Assembly (NCBI GenBank): GCA_037134495.1
Contig: JBAXMC010000002.1
Span: 1-46,478, forward strand
Source: Myxococcaceae bacterium
GTDB lineage: Bacteria; Myxococcota; UBA727; JABDBI01
Length of the DNA stretch: 46,478 nucleotides
Reading direction: 5' to 3'
The notes beneath the pieces are model-generated. The model searched no databases. It was not told where the DNA came from and was given only the letters and a program-made list of their open reading frames with translations. Numbering within the stretch: position 1 is the stretch's first letter; every line of letters begins with the position of its first letter. The position numbers were made by a program, and so were the translations under genes. Shown one piece after another: positions 1 through 8,884 of this stretch.

Positions 1-2520
1 GTAGATGCGGCCGGCGTTTCTTTATATGAACTCTTGTCCAATTTAGATGTGAAAGGCTCGTGGGCTGATCTGAAACTGAATACAAGAGGCTTAGTCCAAG
101 GACAAATCAAACCTGAATTCTCACTCAGTGGTCATGCTAAAGGTCAGGCTTCTGGCCTTATTGTGAAAGATAAAAAGTTGCTGATTTTACAAACGGCTTA
201 TCCCATTGAGTTTGAAATGGGGCTTGTAGCAAACAAGCATGCGTTTCAATTTAAAAAGGCCCGATTTAAAGATGGAAGAAGCGAATTTGTGGCTGATTGC
301 GACTTGTTTATAGACAAACCTGGTATGTGGCTCGAGGCTCAATTTGATAAACTTGATTTTGCTTCGGTCAAAAATAAAATCGTTGATGGAAGTTATAAGG
401 GTTCTGGAAAAGCGCATGTGTTGATTGATGGGCCTTACGAAAATTTACGTATTGAAGCCCCAAGTCAAATTCAGGATTTTAAATTCGAAGATATTTTGTT
501 TGGTAATTTAGAAGGCCTATTCTCGTTCGAAAACAATCAAATTTTTGTTAAAAACATCAAGGCGACTCGGAAATCACTCGAATACACTGGAGATTTCTCT
601 GTATTATTGGACAAGCCTGTTTGGGTTAAATTTGATGCGAACCTGCATCATGGCCTGGCACAAGATTTAATCGGTGATTTCTTGTCAGGACCTATCCAGG
701 GTCAACTCAGCATGGATGGCCCTGTTGAACAAGGTTATCGAGAAAAGTTGTCGGGTCATGCGAATCTTTCGTTTATGAAAGATCACCATGAGATGACAGC
801 TGTGCTTAATCTTCAAAAAGGCGTTGGAGATTTTAAAATTACGCATACTCCTTTGGGGGATGTTGATTTCGCGCTTCAAATTAAAAATGACCAATTAACA
901 GCTCTAGGGCTAATCAAAGATTTCGGAGCGCGTTCAAATATTCAAATTAGTTTAAAAGATCAGCTCCCATTTGTTGCGACTCTTTTGATGCCTTATGGAC
1001 CGTTAAAATATTTAGAAGATTGGAATGCGCAGGCCGGTGTAAATCTCTCCGCCAAGGGTGACTTGAATAAAATCGAAGATGCAAAAGTTATTTTGGATCT
1101 ATCTCCAGCTGTATTTTATTTGGGTACGTTGAAATTTTTGGCAGCCGATAGAATTTCGGCTCGGTATGAAAATCGACAATTAATTTTAAAACCTGCGCTG
1201 TTTAAGAGCGTTCATGGCGATCAAATCGAATTGAGTGCAACTCTCAATTCCAAAGAGTTAGATATGAACGCAGCGACCAAAGGAGACTTATGGTTTCTGA
1301 CGCATTTAGATGAACGCATCGAAGGAGCTTACGGAGATTTTAATAGCAATTTGCAGATCAAAGGTCCTTGGAAGAAACTGGGCTATTTTGGAAAGGGACA
1401 AATTTCTTCGGGTTCTTATGTATCTTTACGTGATTACCCACCGGGTCTTACAAATTTGTCTGGTGAAATTAACTTTCAAGCTCAAAGAGCTGCTTTACAA
1501 TTGGAAGGTGTCGCTAATAAAGGCCATTTTAAACTCGATGGTTTTGTTAACTTAGACCATCAATCATTTGAGCATCTGCAAGTTGATTTGAAACAAATGC
1601 CTGTTTATTACAGCTCTTTTTTGACAGGTATCTCTAATGGCTTTTTAAATCTTGACGGTCCTTGGCAAGAACCTACTTTGTCTGGGAATGTCCAGTTTTC
1701 TCAAATGTTGATTACTAAAGAACTGGATCCTGTAGAGTTTAAAGCTCCTCGCTCTAGAGCCAAAAAACAATCTGTCAAACTGAATATATTACTAGATGCA
1801 GAAGATAACGTGCGTATTGAGAGTAAGTCTTTGAATGCTGAATTAAAAGGAAATCTAAATCTTGTGGGAACCACCAATTCTCCGGGTCTTATTGGCGAGT
1901 TAAACGTTCTTTCTGGTGAAGTTTACTTTAGAAATAACTATTATCACATTGTCAAAGCGCGAGCGAATTTCGATAATCCGTTTAGAATTGCTCCTTATAT
2001 TGATGTCGAAGCCAATGGCCAAATTTTAGATTACGATGTGACAGTTCGAGCACAAGGTGAGCTTGCCAAACCAAAACTTGTTTTTTCATCGAAACCTTCT
2101 TTGCCCCAAACAGATTTGCTTAGTTTGATTACGTTTGGATTTACCAATCGTGATAACAAAGATAATCTAGGAGCAGCACGAACAGCAGGGCTAGAGGCTC
2201 TCTCTGCCTATTCTGGGGTTGGAGACCGGGTTTTGAAATTACTGCCTGAAAAGAGTATTGATGAATTGCGCTTGGGGACGCTCTATAATCAAAATGGAGG
2301 CGTGACCTCTTCAGTTGTTTTAGGGATGCAAGTGTTTAAGACGATGCGTTTGCGTTTTCAAAGTGCGATGTTGCAAAATACCGCTGGGAATCGAGAGAAA
2401 CGTTTAGAGCTTGAGAAGTATATTAATAAACGCTGGCGTTGGCGTTTGATTTGGAATTCTGAAGGGGTAACTAACTACGGCGATGCTGGTGCCGATTTGT
2501 GGATTCGATGGGACTATTAA
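1..2520 (+). CDS. tamB: TamB-like translocation and assembly module protein, C-terminal part (5' end outside window)
   Basis: Frame 1 is open from nt 1 (VDAAGVSLYELLSNLD...), so the ORF-track start at 34 is an edge artefact. Long beta-rich repetitive sequence with a DUF490-type C-terminus (...RWRWRLIWNSEGVTNYGDAGADLWIRWDY*). Overlaps the downstream Omp85 gene by 22 nt. Confidence 0.7.
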   Translation, partial: VDAAGVSLYELLSNLDVKGSWADLKLNTRGLVQGQIKPEFSLSGHAKGQASGLIVKDKKLLILQTAYPIEFEMGLVANKHAFQFKKARFKDGRSEFVADCDLFIDKPGMWLEAQFDKLDFASVKNKIVDGSYKGSGKAHVLIDGPYENLRIEAPSQIQDFKFEDILFGNLEGLFSFENNQIFVKNIKATRKSLEYTGDFSVLLDKPVWVKFDANLHHGLAQDLIGDFLSGPIQGQLSMDGPVEQGYREKLSGHANLSFMKDHHEMTAVLNLQKGVGDFKITHTPLGDVDFALQIKNDQLTALGLIKDFGARSNIQISLKDQLPFVATLLMPYGPLKYLEDWNAQAGVNLSAKGDLNKIEDAKVILDLSPAVFYLGTLKFLAADRISARYENRQLILKPALFKSVHGDQIELSATLNSKELDMNAATKGDLWFLTHLDERIEGAYGDFNSNLQIKGPWKKLGYFGKGQISSGSYVSLRDYPPGLTNLSGEINFQAQRAALQLEGVANKGHFKLDGFVNLDHQSFEHLQVDLKQMPVYYSSFLTGISNGFLNLDGPWQEPTLSGNVQFSQMLITKELDPVEFKAPRSRAKKQSVKLNILLDAEDNVRIESKSLNAELKGNLNLVGTTNSPGLIGELNVLSGEVYFRNNYYHIVKARANFDNPFRIAPYIDVEANGQILDYDVTVRAQGELAKPKLVFSSKPSLPQTDLLSLITFGFTNRDNKDNLGAARTAGLEALSAYSGVGDRVLKLLPEKSIDELRLGTLYNQNGGVTSSVVLGMQVFKTMRLRFQSAMLQNTAGNREKRLELEKYINKRWRWRLIWNSEGVTNYGDAGADLWIRWDY

Positions 2521-4664
2521 TTTTTTTGATATTTTTCTCGTTTTCTTCGCTTGCGCTTCAAGTTCAAGTTGTAGGCTCGCGGGCATTTCGAGCTGAAGCT
2601 ATACGAGAACGCATTTTGGCAAAAGTAGGAACTGAAGCACCTGAAGATCGTCAGTTAGAGCAACTTCGATTTCAGATTTTAGGCCTTTATCGAAAATCTG
2701 GTTTTATTGATGCGAAGCTTGAATTTCTGACTCCGAAACCCAATCAGCTTATTTGCAATATTAATGAAGGTTCTCAAGTTGTTGTGAAAGATGTTCAGGT
2801 TTTGGGAGGACAATATTTCTCAAACGACTTGTTAAAAGCAAAAATTTTAGAATTTGTTAAAAGCGAACCGGTAGAGTCTGGTTTGATTGACTATGATCAC
2901 ATCGAAATAGATTCTATTCTTAACCCAACTAAGTTGAGCAAAAAAAAGCTTAACTGGGTCTTCTTTGGAGATGGGTTTTTGCCTTTTAATAAGAGCTTAT
3001 TTTTAAAAGCCAAAGAGTCGCTGGAGGAGTTTTATTTAGATAATGGCTTTTTAGAAATTCAGATTTTTGGTCCGAAAGAGAGTGAGATTACACAAGAACA
3101 TTGGATTAATTTGCAGTTTCGCATTGAGGAAGGTCTACAAACACGAGTGACAGAGATTCACTTAGATGGGGCCCAGGCGAGTGTTTTAGAGCCAGCGATT
3201 AAAATTGGGGATCCTTTGAATCCTAATTTGGTAGAAGATTACCGAGTTCAACTAGAAGAATCTTTCTGGAATCAGGGTTATCCGAATGCTGAAATTACGG
3301 CAGAGATTAAAGGCTCTCAAATTTTTTACCAGATTAATCTTGGCGATCGCATTCAAATAGAAAATATTGTGATTTCAGGAAATCAAATCACGCTGAAGAG
3401 AGTGATAGAAAATCGTTTAAAAATTAAAAAAGGTGACTGGTTTTCACTTGAAAAGTTAACAGACTCTCGTTCTCGCATTTTGCAAACAGACTTATTTTCA
3501 GAAGTGGATATTTCTCTTGATGGCAGAACACTTTTGGTGAATGTCAAAGAACGCGAGCGCAATACACTTGAGATGGGTTTTGGGGCTTCGTTTGAAGATG
3601 GCCCTAGAATCACGGGTATCTGGCAATATCGTAATATTTTTGGCAGAGGGATTTCTTTTAGGACGAGAACACAGGCAAACTATCCAGCGATTTTCTATGA
3701 CTTGCCAATTTTTTATCCGTCTCAGATTCGAGATGCTTTAAAATCGCAAACTTCAAATTATTTCGCAGGTAAGGTAACAACAGGGTTTTTGTATCCAAAG
3801 ATGCTAGGAATCCCATTTGATTTAGATTCAGCGATTGATTTTAGTGCAGAGAGAGCTTTAAAGCCTGCTTATGTGCTAAATCGAGCTTCAAGTTTGATAT
3901 CACTTTTTTCACAAGTGACTTCTAATCTAAGAGTGACTCCCCAGTTAGAGGTAGAGTACGACGATGTTGTTTCTCCGGCTTCTAATGCCAATAGCCTTAT
4001 CCCCGGTGTGCGCTATGAACCAGGTATTGTAAAGCAGGGAACGGTGAGACTTTTATCTCTGTGGGATCACCGAGATAACCCTCTCTTGCCTAAAAAAGGT
4101 TATGCGATTCAATTCGATGCAGATTTTGGATTTGGACTCTTTGCGGAAAAAACACCGATTTCTTACAGCAAATTATTAGCTGGGCTTACGACTTATACGC
4201 CTTTAGTCAAGCGTTTGACTTGGGTTTTCAATGGCAAAGCAGGAGGCATTTGGAATCTGACTTCAGAGGCTTATGTCCCTGTTTTTAAACGTTTTTATTT
4301 GGGTGGAACCAACAGTGTTAGAGGATTTTCGGATGATCAAATCTTCCCGGTTGATAACACCCAGCAAAGTCAGGTGAGTTTAGGTGGAAATTACTTTGCC
4401 TTTATGCGTAACGAAATCAGATTTCCGATATCAGGTGATTTAGAAGGCGGTGTGTTCGTAGACACAGGCGAACTGATGCAAGATATTAAGAATTTCGGTT
4501 TTGATAAGTTAGCGATGGGTACAGGTTTTGGGATTCGCTATAACACGCCGATTGGGCCATTGATGCTGGATCTTGGATATCGAGTGCTCGACGCCAATCG
4601 TCTTGGCAATACTAGTTTTATCAATCGTTTGGGGTTGCACTTTTCGATTGGAAACTCGATATGA
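2499..4664 (+). CDS. Omp85-family outer membrane protein assembly factor (BamA/TamA-like)
   Basis: Signal peptide (GLLIFLIFFSFSSLALQ), POTRA-like N-terminal repeats, and a C-terminal barrel with the conserved loop-6 motif RFYLGGTNSVRGF. GTG at 2499 or ATG at 2508 are both possible starts. The position after tamB suggests a TAM/BAM partner. Confidence 0.85.
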   Translation: MDSMGLLIFLIFFSFSSLALQVQVVGSRAFRAEAIRERILAKVGTEAPEDRQLEQLRFQILGLYRKSGFIDAKLEFLTPKPNQLICNINEGSQVVVKDVQVLGGQYFSNDLLKAKILEFVKSEPVESGLIDYDHIEIDSILNPTKLSKKKLNWVFFGDGFLPFNKSLFLKAKESLEEFYLDNGFLEIQIFGPKESEITQEHWINLQFRIEEGLQTRVTEIHLDGAQASVLEPAIKIGDPLNPNLVEDYRVQLEESFWNQGYPNAEITAEIKGSQIFYQINLGDRIQIENIVISGNQITLKRVIENRLKIKKGDWFSLEKLTDSRSRILQTDLFSEVDISLDGRTLLVNVKERERNTLEMGFGASFEDGPRITGIWQYRNIFGRGISFRTRTQANYPAIFYDLPIFYPSQIRDALKSQTSNYFAGKVTTGFLYPKMLGIPFDLDSAIDFSAERALKPAYVLNRASSLISLFSQVTSNLRVTPQLEVEYDDVVSPASNANSLIPGVRYEPGIVKQGTVRLLSLWDHRDNPLLPKKGYAIQFDADFGFGLFAEKTPISYSKLLAGLTTYTPLVKRLTWVFNGKAGGIWNLTSEAYVPVFKRFYLGGTNSVRGFSDDQIFPVDNTQQSQVSLGGNYFAFMRNEIRFPISGDLEGGVFVDTGELMQDIKNFGFDKLAMGTGFGIRYNTPIGPLMLDLGYRVLDANRLGNTSFINRLGLHFSIGNSI

Positions 4665-5455
4665 AAGTAGTGGGGTATACCCTGGGCTCTGGCATTGGGC
4701 CAGAGTTGTTTAAAATTGCTTTTGCAAAAGCACGTATTCCAAAAAATATTAAATTTGTTTTGTGTGAAAGCTTATCTCAGGCAATTCAATTAGCTGAAGC
4801 TGGCGATATACAAGCTTTAGTAACAGGACCTGTTCATAAAAGTATTTTACAAAATATCAACGGCAAATCTTATCCAGGTCAGACAGAGTTATTGCATAAC
4901 TATTTAGGCATAGATTCAAAGCCGCCACTCATGATTTTTGTGGGTGGACCCTTTGTTTTAGGTTTGGCAACAGTGCATGTGCCGATAAAATTAGTTTCTC
5001 AAGCTTTGACACGTGAAAATTTGTCTCAAAAATTAGAGCGCTTGATTACGGGTACGGCCCAATTACTCAAAAAGCCAGAACATGAAGTTCGTGTCATAGT
5101 CTTAGGCTTAAATCCTCATGCTGGCGAAAATGGCTTATTGGGCGATGAAGAAAAATTGGTGATTGAGCCTGTGATTCGCGATTATAAAAACAGAGGCTTT
5201 CAAATCACAGGCCCTGTCCCTGCGGATGGCTTCTGGGGATATCTGCCTGGCAATATAGACGCTGTGATGGCCATGATGCATGACCAGGGCCTGGGGCCCT
5301 ATAAGCTGCTCACCCAGGGCAGGGCGGCCAATATGACTTTAGGGCTCAAAATACCAAGAACCAGCCCCGCACATGGCACAGCCGATAGTTTGGTTGGGAC
5401 TGGAAAAGCAAGTCCGGAGTCGCTTATTCAAGCGATTGAATGGGCTTGTGCTTAA
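4661..5455 (+). CDS. pdxA: 4-hydroxythreonine-4-phosphate dehydrogenase PdxA (compact form)
   Basis: Motifs GIGPE, ITGPVHK, GLNPHAGENG, MHDQGLGP and TSPAHGTA are collinear with E. coli PdxA. ATGA stop/start overlap with the Omp85 gene. Confidence 0.85.
   Translation: MKVVGYTLGSGIGPELFKIAFAKARIPKNIKFVLCESLSQAIQLAEAGDIQALVTGPVHKSILQNINGKSYPGQTELLHNYLGIDSKPPLMIFVGGPFVLGLATVHVPIKLVSQALTRENLSQKLERLITGTAQLLKKPEHEVRVIVLGLNPHAGENGLLGDEEKLVIEPVIRDYKNRGFQITGPVPADGFWGYLPGNIDAVMAMMHDQGLGPYKLLTQGRAANMTLGLKIPRTSPAHGTADSLVGTGKASPESLIQAIEWACA
5429..5449. repeat. Direct repeat copy 1 (inside the pdxA 3' end) flanking the ATPase cassette
   Basis: caagcgattgaatgGgcttgt recurs at 6640..6660 as caagcgattgaatgAgcttgt (20/21 identical, read by eye). 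Confidence 0.8.
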
Positions 5456-6594
5456 ATCATCCCTTCTTTGATGCAGAAATCCCAGAATGGGAGCACTCTG
5501 CCTGTATTTTCATGTCCAAAATCATTGCCGCCCATGTGTACTTGATAGAACTTGGGGATTTCAGTTCGTTCTCTAAAATATGAAATGTGCGGAGAGAGAC
5601 TTTTGTCTGAGACTTTGCATTCAATGGCCATAATGGGTTTTTTGTTTTTCAAAACGACAAAATCAATTTCTCGTTTGTCGGTATCTCTGAGATATCTAAG
5701 TTCGTATTTTTCACCAAGCGTATCTGTTTGAAAATGACAGTATTTGAGTAGATGCAATGCCACCATATTTTCGAAACGAGCCCCTGGATCAGAGATCTGA
5801 GTCCAATCCCATAAGTAGAGCTTCTGTTCTTTTTTGACAGCTCGAATACGTGGCGCTCCATAGGGAGGGATTCGAAAACTAACATATAGGTTATCAAACA
5901 GTGTTATCCAGCGCTGTACCGTCGCTGGGCTGACACTCAAGTCTTCCGCTAGATTCTTAATAGAAAGTGGTGAGCCTACTCTTTCTGGCAAAGCATCCAT
6001 GAGGAGATCGAGTAAACTGAGTTCTTTGACATACTGGAGACTGATTAAATCTTCGTGGATAATTCGATGATTGCGCTCATTTTGCCACCGCTTTAAAGTT
6101 TTTGATTCTCCGGAAAAAAGAGGTTCAGGAAAGCCGCCCCAGGCTAGTAAATGCTCTGTGTCACTTTGGGTTGGATTCGAATTAAGTTCACATAATGAGA
6201 AAGGGTGTAATCGATAATAATGATAACGTCCAAGCAGAGAGTCTCCGCCTTTATTGAAATAATCGAGTCTGGCTGAACCCGTGACCAAGAAACGATTGGT
6301 TGAATGGTGTTCATCGTAAAGGCCTTTAATAAAATTTCTCCAACGAGCATATTTGTGGATTTCATCTAATATGATTAACGAGCTCGATAGTGGAATCTCG
6401 ACTCTTAAAATCATCTTTTGATGGTTTAATATGTCCCAGTTTAAATAAGCAGGGTTCTTTTCGTTGCTTGGGTCTAATAGGCTTAATGCCAATGTGGTCT
6501 TTCCTACTTGCCTAGGACCTCCAACAAAAACCATTTTATTCTTTAGATCCTGCTCTATTGGGATTTTCAAATATCTGAATTTTTTAACCATCAT
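5452..6594 (-). CDS. AAA+ ATPase with DUF4143-type C-terminal domain
   Basis: Walker A GGPRQVGKTT and Walker B IILDEIH. C-terminal segment (REIDFVVL...MAIECKVSD) is typical of the AAA_14/DUF4143 family. Its stop overlaps the pdxA stop (convergent TTAA). Confidence 0.85.
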   Translation of the reverse strand: MMVKKFRYLKIPIEQDLKNKMVFVGGPRQVGKTTLALSLLDPSNEKNPAYLNWDILNHQKMILRVEIPLSSSLIILDEIHKYARWRNFIKGLYDEHHSTNRFLVTGSARLDYFNKGGDSLLGRYHYYRLHPFSLCELNSNPTQSDTEHLLAWGGFPEPLFSGESKTLKRWQNERNHRIIHEDLISLQYVKELSLLDLLMDALPERVGSPLSIKNLAEDLSVSPATVQRWITLFDNLYVSFRIPPYGAPRIRAVKKEQKLYLWDWTQISDPGARFENMVALHLLKYCHFQTDTLGEKYELRYLRDTDKREIDFVVLKNKKPIMAIECKVSDKSLSPHISYFRERTEIPKFYQVHMGGNDFGHENTGRVLPFWDFCIKEGMI

Positions 6595-6596
6595 AT

Positions 6597-6618
6597 CATT
6601 TTACTCATGAGTAAAATG
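6597..6618. promoter_or_regulatory. 22-bp perfect palindrome 3 nt upstream of the ATPase start codon
   Basis: cattttactca|tgagtaaaatg is exactly self-complementary. It lies in the 5' leader/promoter region of the minus-strand ATPase gene. Confidence 0.4.
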
Positions 6619-6639
6619 AAGTCAATGTTAAAATGCTTG

Positions 6640-6660
6640 CAAGCGATTGAATGAGCTTGT
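6640..6660. repeat. Direct repeat copy 2 flanking the ATPase cassette
   Basis: 20/21 match to 5429..5449. The single G->A change turns the pdxA-frame TGG into TGA. Confidence 0.8.
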
Positions 6661-6830
6661 CTGTGTTTTTGAAAGAGAGACCTTCCTTGACTGAAGCCAT
6701 TGTTTTTGCTAGAAGAAAAAAGTATTTTTTGCACTGTTTTGTCTGAATTTTAAAATACTTACCTGGTTTTCCAGTTAACCGACTTAGTTTGAAATTTTAT
6801 TTTCTCTGTTTGTGTGGTATTATTGTGATA

Positions 6831-8879
6831 ATGAATCGAGTTTATTTATATGTGAAGTTATTTATTGTTTGCCTTGTTGTTCAATGCTTGTTGAGCTGTG
6901 AAAAACATGACAAAAAAAACGATAGCAACAATCATGAACAGCGTGAGCAAGGTGAAGAGAAAGAAAAATTCATAGAAAACAAAAAATTGGTCAGGATATT
7001 TTCCACAAATTCTCCAGGCCAAAAGCAAGATGTAAGAATTTACAGCGAAGTTTTTGTGCCTGAGTTTGAAGTCGAAGCGATTGAGGTCAAGGGGGACAAG
7101 GATGACGGAAAAACACTTCTGAGCAATGAACAAACTGCCCTTGTTAATATATTTATTGAACATGTGTACGATCTAAACGCAAACAAAAAAGCAAAATTTA
7201 ATTGGTTGATGATTAATCAAGAATTCGTAGATTCCCCTGACCGACTTGAGAATATCGATTTGGTTCTCTGTAAGACTCAATTGGCTGCTGATTTGATGTT
7301 GAAATACGCCGAAAAATATCATTTAAAATTTCGCGTATACTATTCAAAATTTACAAGTTTTATAGATGCCAGTGTTATTTTAGGGAAAGATTTTGATTTA
7401 GCACTTCATAGTGCTGGAAAATCACCCTTTAAAAATACAGGTTCCGTTCTTCATGCCTGGATGAAAAACCCAGGTTTTCCAAAATTGATCGTAACCTGTA
7501 GAGATTATATGCCGGGCGATCATAATGGGTGTTTGTCTCAGAATGCAAAACCTGTCTTATACGATTATCAAATTCCGATTGTTGACGGAGAAGCTCATAT
7601 GGCTTCTAATCTCGAGCTGTTTACGGGTTTTGTTTCGCAGAGTAAACTTGAAAATTGGCAGAATCAAGCGGGCTATTATATTGTTCCAAGCTCTGTCGAA
7701 GGCTATGGACACTATATCAATGAGGGACGTGCAAAAGGTGCAGTGGTTATCACGACCGATGCTCCGCCGATGAATGAGATGGTTGAAGATGGTGTAACCG
7801 GTTTCTTGGTTCCTGTAAAAGATTCTTGGTTAATGAACACCTACTCTGGAGCTCTTGCTTATGGTATTGATCCGAGTGAACTTGCAAAAGTGATAGATAA
7901 AGTCGTGGCGTTGCCAGAAGATCAAAAATTGAAAATAGGCGAAAATGGTAGGAAATCTTTTTTAGCCGATAGAGTTTATTTTCAGAATCACATGCGAACT
8001 TTGGTGAGTAGTTTGGCTGAGCATGGAGATTTGTCTGGTGTTCCAGAAAATACTTACGCGACAGTGGATCGCGAAACGGCTAAACGTGTTTTAAAGAAAG
8101 CCTGTCTTGGAGTTATGTCGCAGCATCAAAATACAGGTGTTTCGGGTACTGGGATTTCAAAAACTTATGTGATTAATCTTGATCGGAGTAAAGATCGTCT
8201 TGCAGCAATGTGTCACGAATTTAGTCAAGCAGATATGAAATTTACTCGTTTTAGAGCGATTGATGGTAAAGAAAAAGGATTCTACGCAGATACACTTGAA
8301 AATAAAAAAATCTATCAACCACTTGAACTGGTTAGTAAAAAGCAAATGACTCCAGGTGAGTTCGGAATCTATTATAGTCACTATGATATTTGGAAGAATA
8401 TGATTGAAGAGGACCATCATGTTGGAATGGTGTTTGAAGATGATGCTCGGTTTAATAAAGACTTGCGAGCCAATTTGAAAACGATTATGTCAAATGCTCC
8501 CACTGATTGGGACATGATTTTCTTAGGTTGCAGAGTGGGCGACCCCCACGGAGCTGATTCTCATAAGCTAATCCACGAAGGTTCTTTTGATTTGTTGGTT
8601 GATGGAAAAAGCAAACCATCAACATTTTTACGTGTCGATGGACAGACGACTACGGGTTTGTACGGATATCTGTTGACGCAATCGATGGCGCAGCATATCG
8701 TCAATCACGCGATGCCTATACAAGGTCCTATTGATTTAATGTTGCAAATATTTTTTATTGGAAATCCACAAAGTACAAGCATGTTCGGTCCTAGAAAAGC
8801 CTATTGTGTGTTTCCTGAACCAGTTTGGTACGATAAAAAAGAACCCTCAACAATTACAGAATATGGTCGAAAGGGCTAG
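6831..8879 (+). CDS. Exported/lipobox-bearing bifunctional glycosyltransferase (GT-B Glycos_transf_1-like domain + GT25 domain)
   Basis: ATG at 6831 gives MNRVYLYVKLFIVCLVVQCLLS|C (lipobox). The ORF-track TTG start at 6789 is less likely. The central segment SSVEGYGHYINEGRAKGAVVITTDAPPMNEMVEDGVTGFLV is the GT-B E-x7-E region. The C-terminal segment TYVINLDRSKDRL...RFRAIDG...VFEDDA is GT25-like. Confidence 0.7.
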   Translation: MNRVYLYVKLFIVCLVVQCLLSCEKHDKKNDSNNHEQREQGEEKEKFIENKKLVRIFSTNSPGQKQDVRIYSEVFVPEFEVEAIEVKGDKDDGKTLLSNEQTALVNIFIEHVYDLNANKKAKFNWLMINQEFVDSPDRLENIDLVLCKTQLAADLMLKYAEKYHLKFRVYYSKFTSFIDASVILGKDFDLALHSAGKSPFKNTGSVLHAWMKNPGFPKLIVTCRDYMPGDHNGCLSQNAKPVLYDYQIPIVDGEAHMASNLELFTGFVSQSKLENWQNQAGYYIVPSSVEGYGHYINEGRAKGAVVITTDAPPMNEMVEDGVTGFLVPVKDSWLMNTYSGALAYGIDPSELAKVIDKVVALPEDQKLKIGENGRKSFLADRVYFQNHMRTLVSSLAEHGDLSGVPENTYATVDRETAKRVLKKACLGVMSQHQNTGVSGTGISKTYVINLDRSKDRLAAMCHEFSQADMKFTRFRAIDGKEKGFYADTLENKKIYQPLELVSKKQMTPGEFGIYYSHYDIWKNMIEEDHHVGMVFEDDARFNKDLRANLKTIMSNAPTDWDMIFLGCRVGDPHGADSHKLIHEGSFDLLVDGKSKPSTFLRVDGQTTTGLYGYLLTQSMAQHIVNHAMPIQGPIDLMLQIFFIGNPQSTSMFGPRKAYCVFPEPVWYDKKEPSTITEYGRKG

Positions 8880-8884
8880 CTAGT

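Noticed and set aside
4661-5455. PdxA is only 264 aa, versus ~330 aa in E. coli, raising the possibility of a pseudogene.
   Set aside because: The shortening is an internal omission in the N-terminal half. All C-terminal catalytic/metal motifs are present, the frame is intact, and the gene is translationally coupled to its neighbour. A compact variant is more likely.
6789-6830. TTG start at 6789 for the glycosyltransferase ORF.
   Set aside because: ATG at 6831 yields a canonical n-region, h-region and lipobox. The 14 extra codons add a second hydrophobic stretch with no support.
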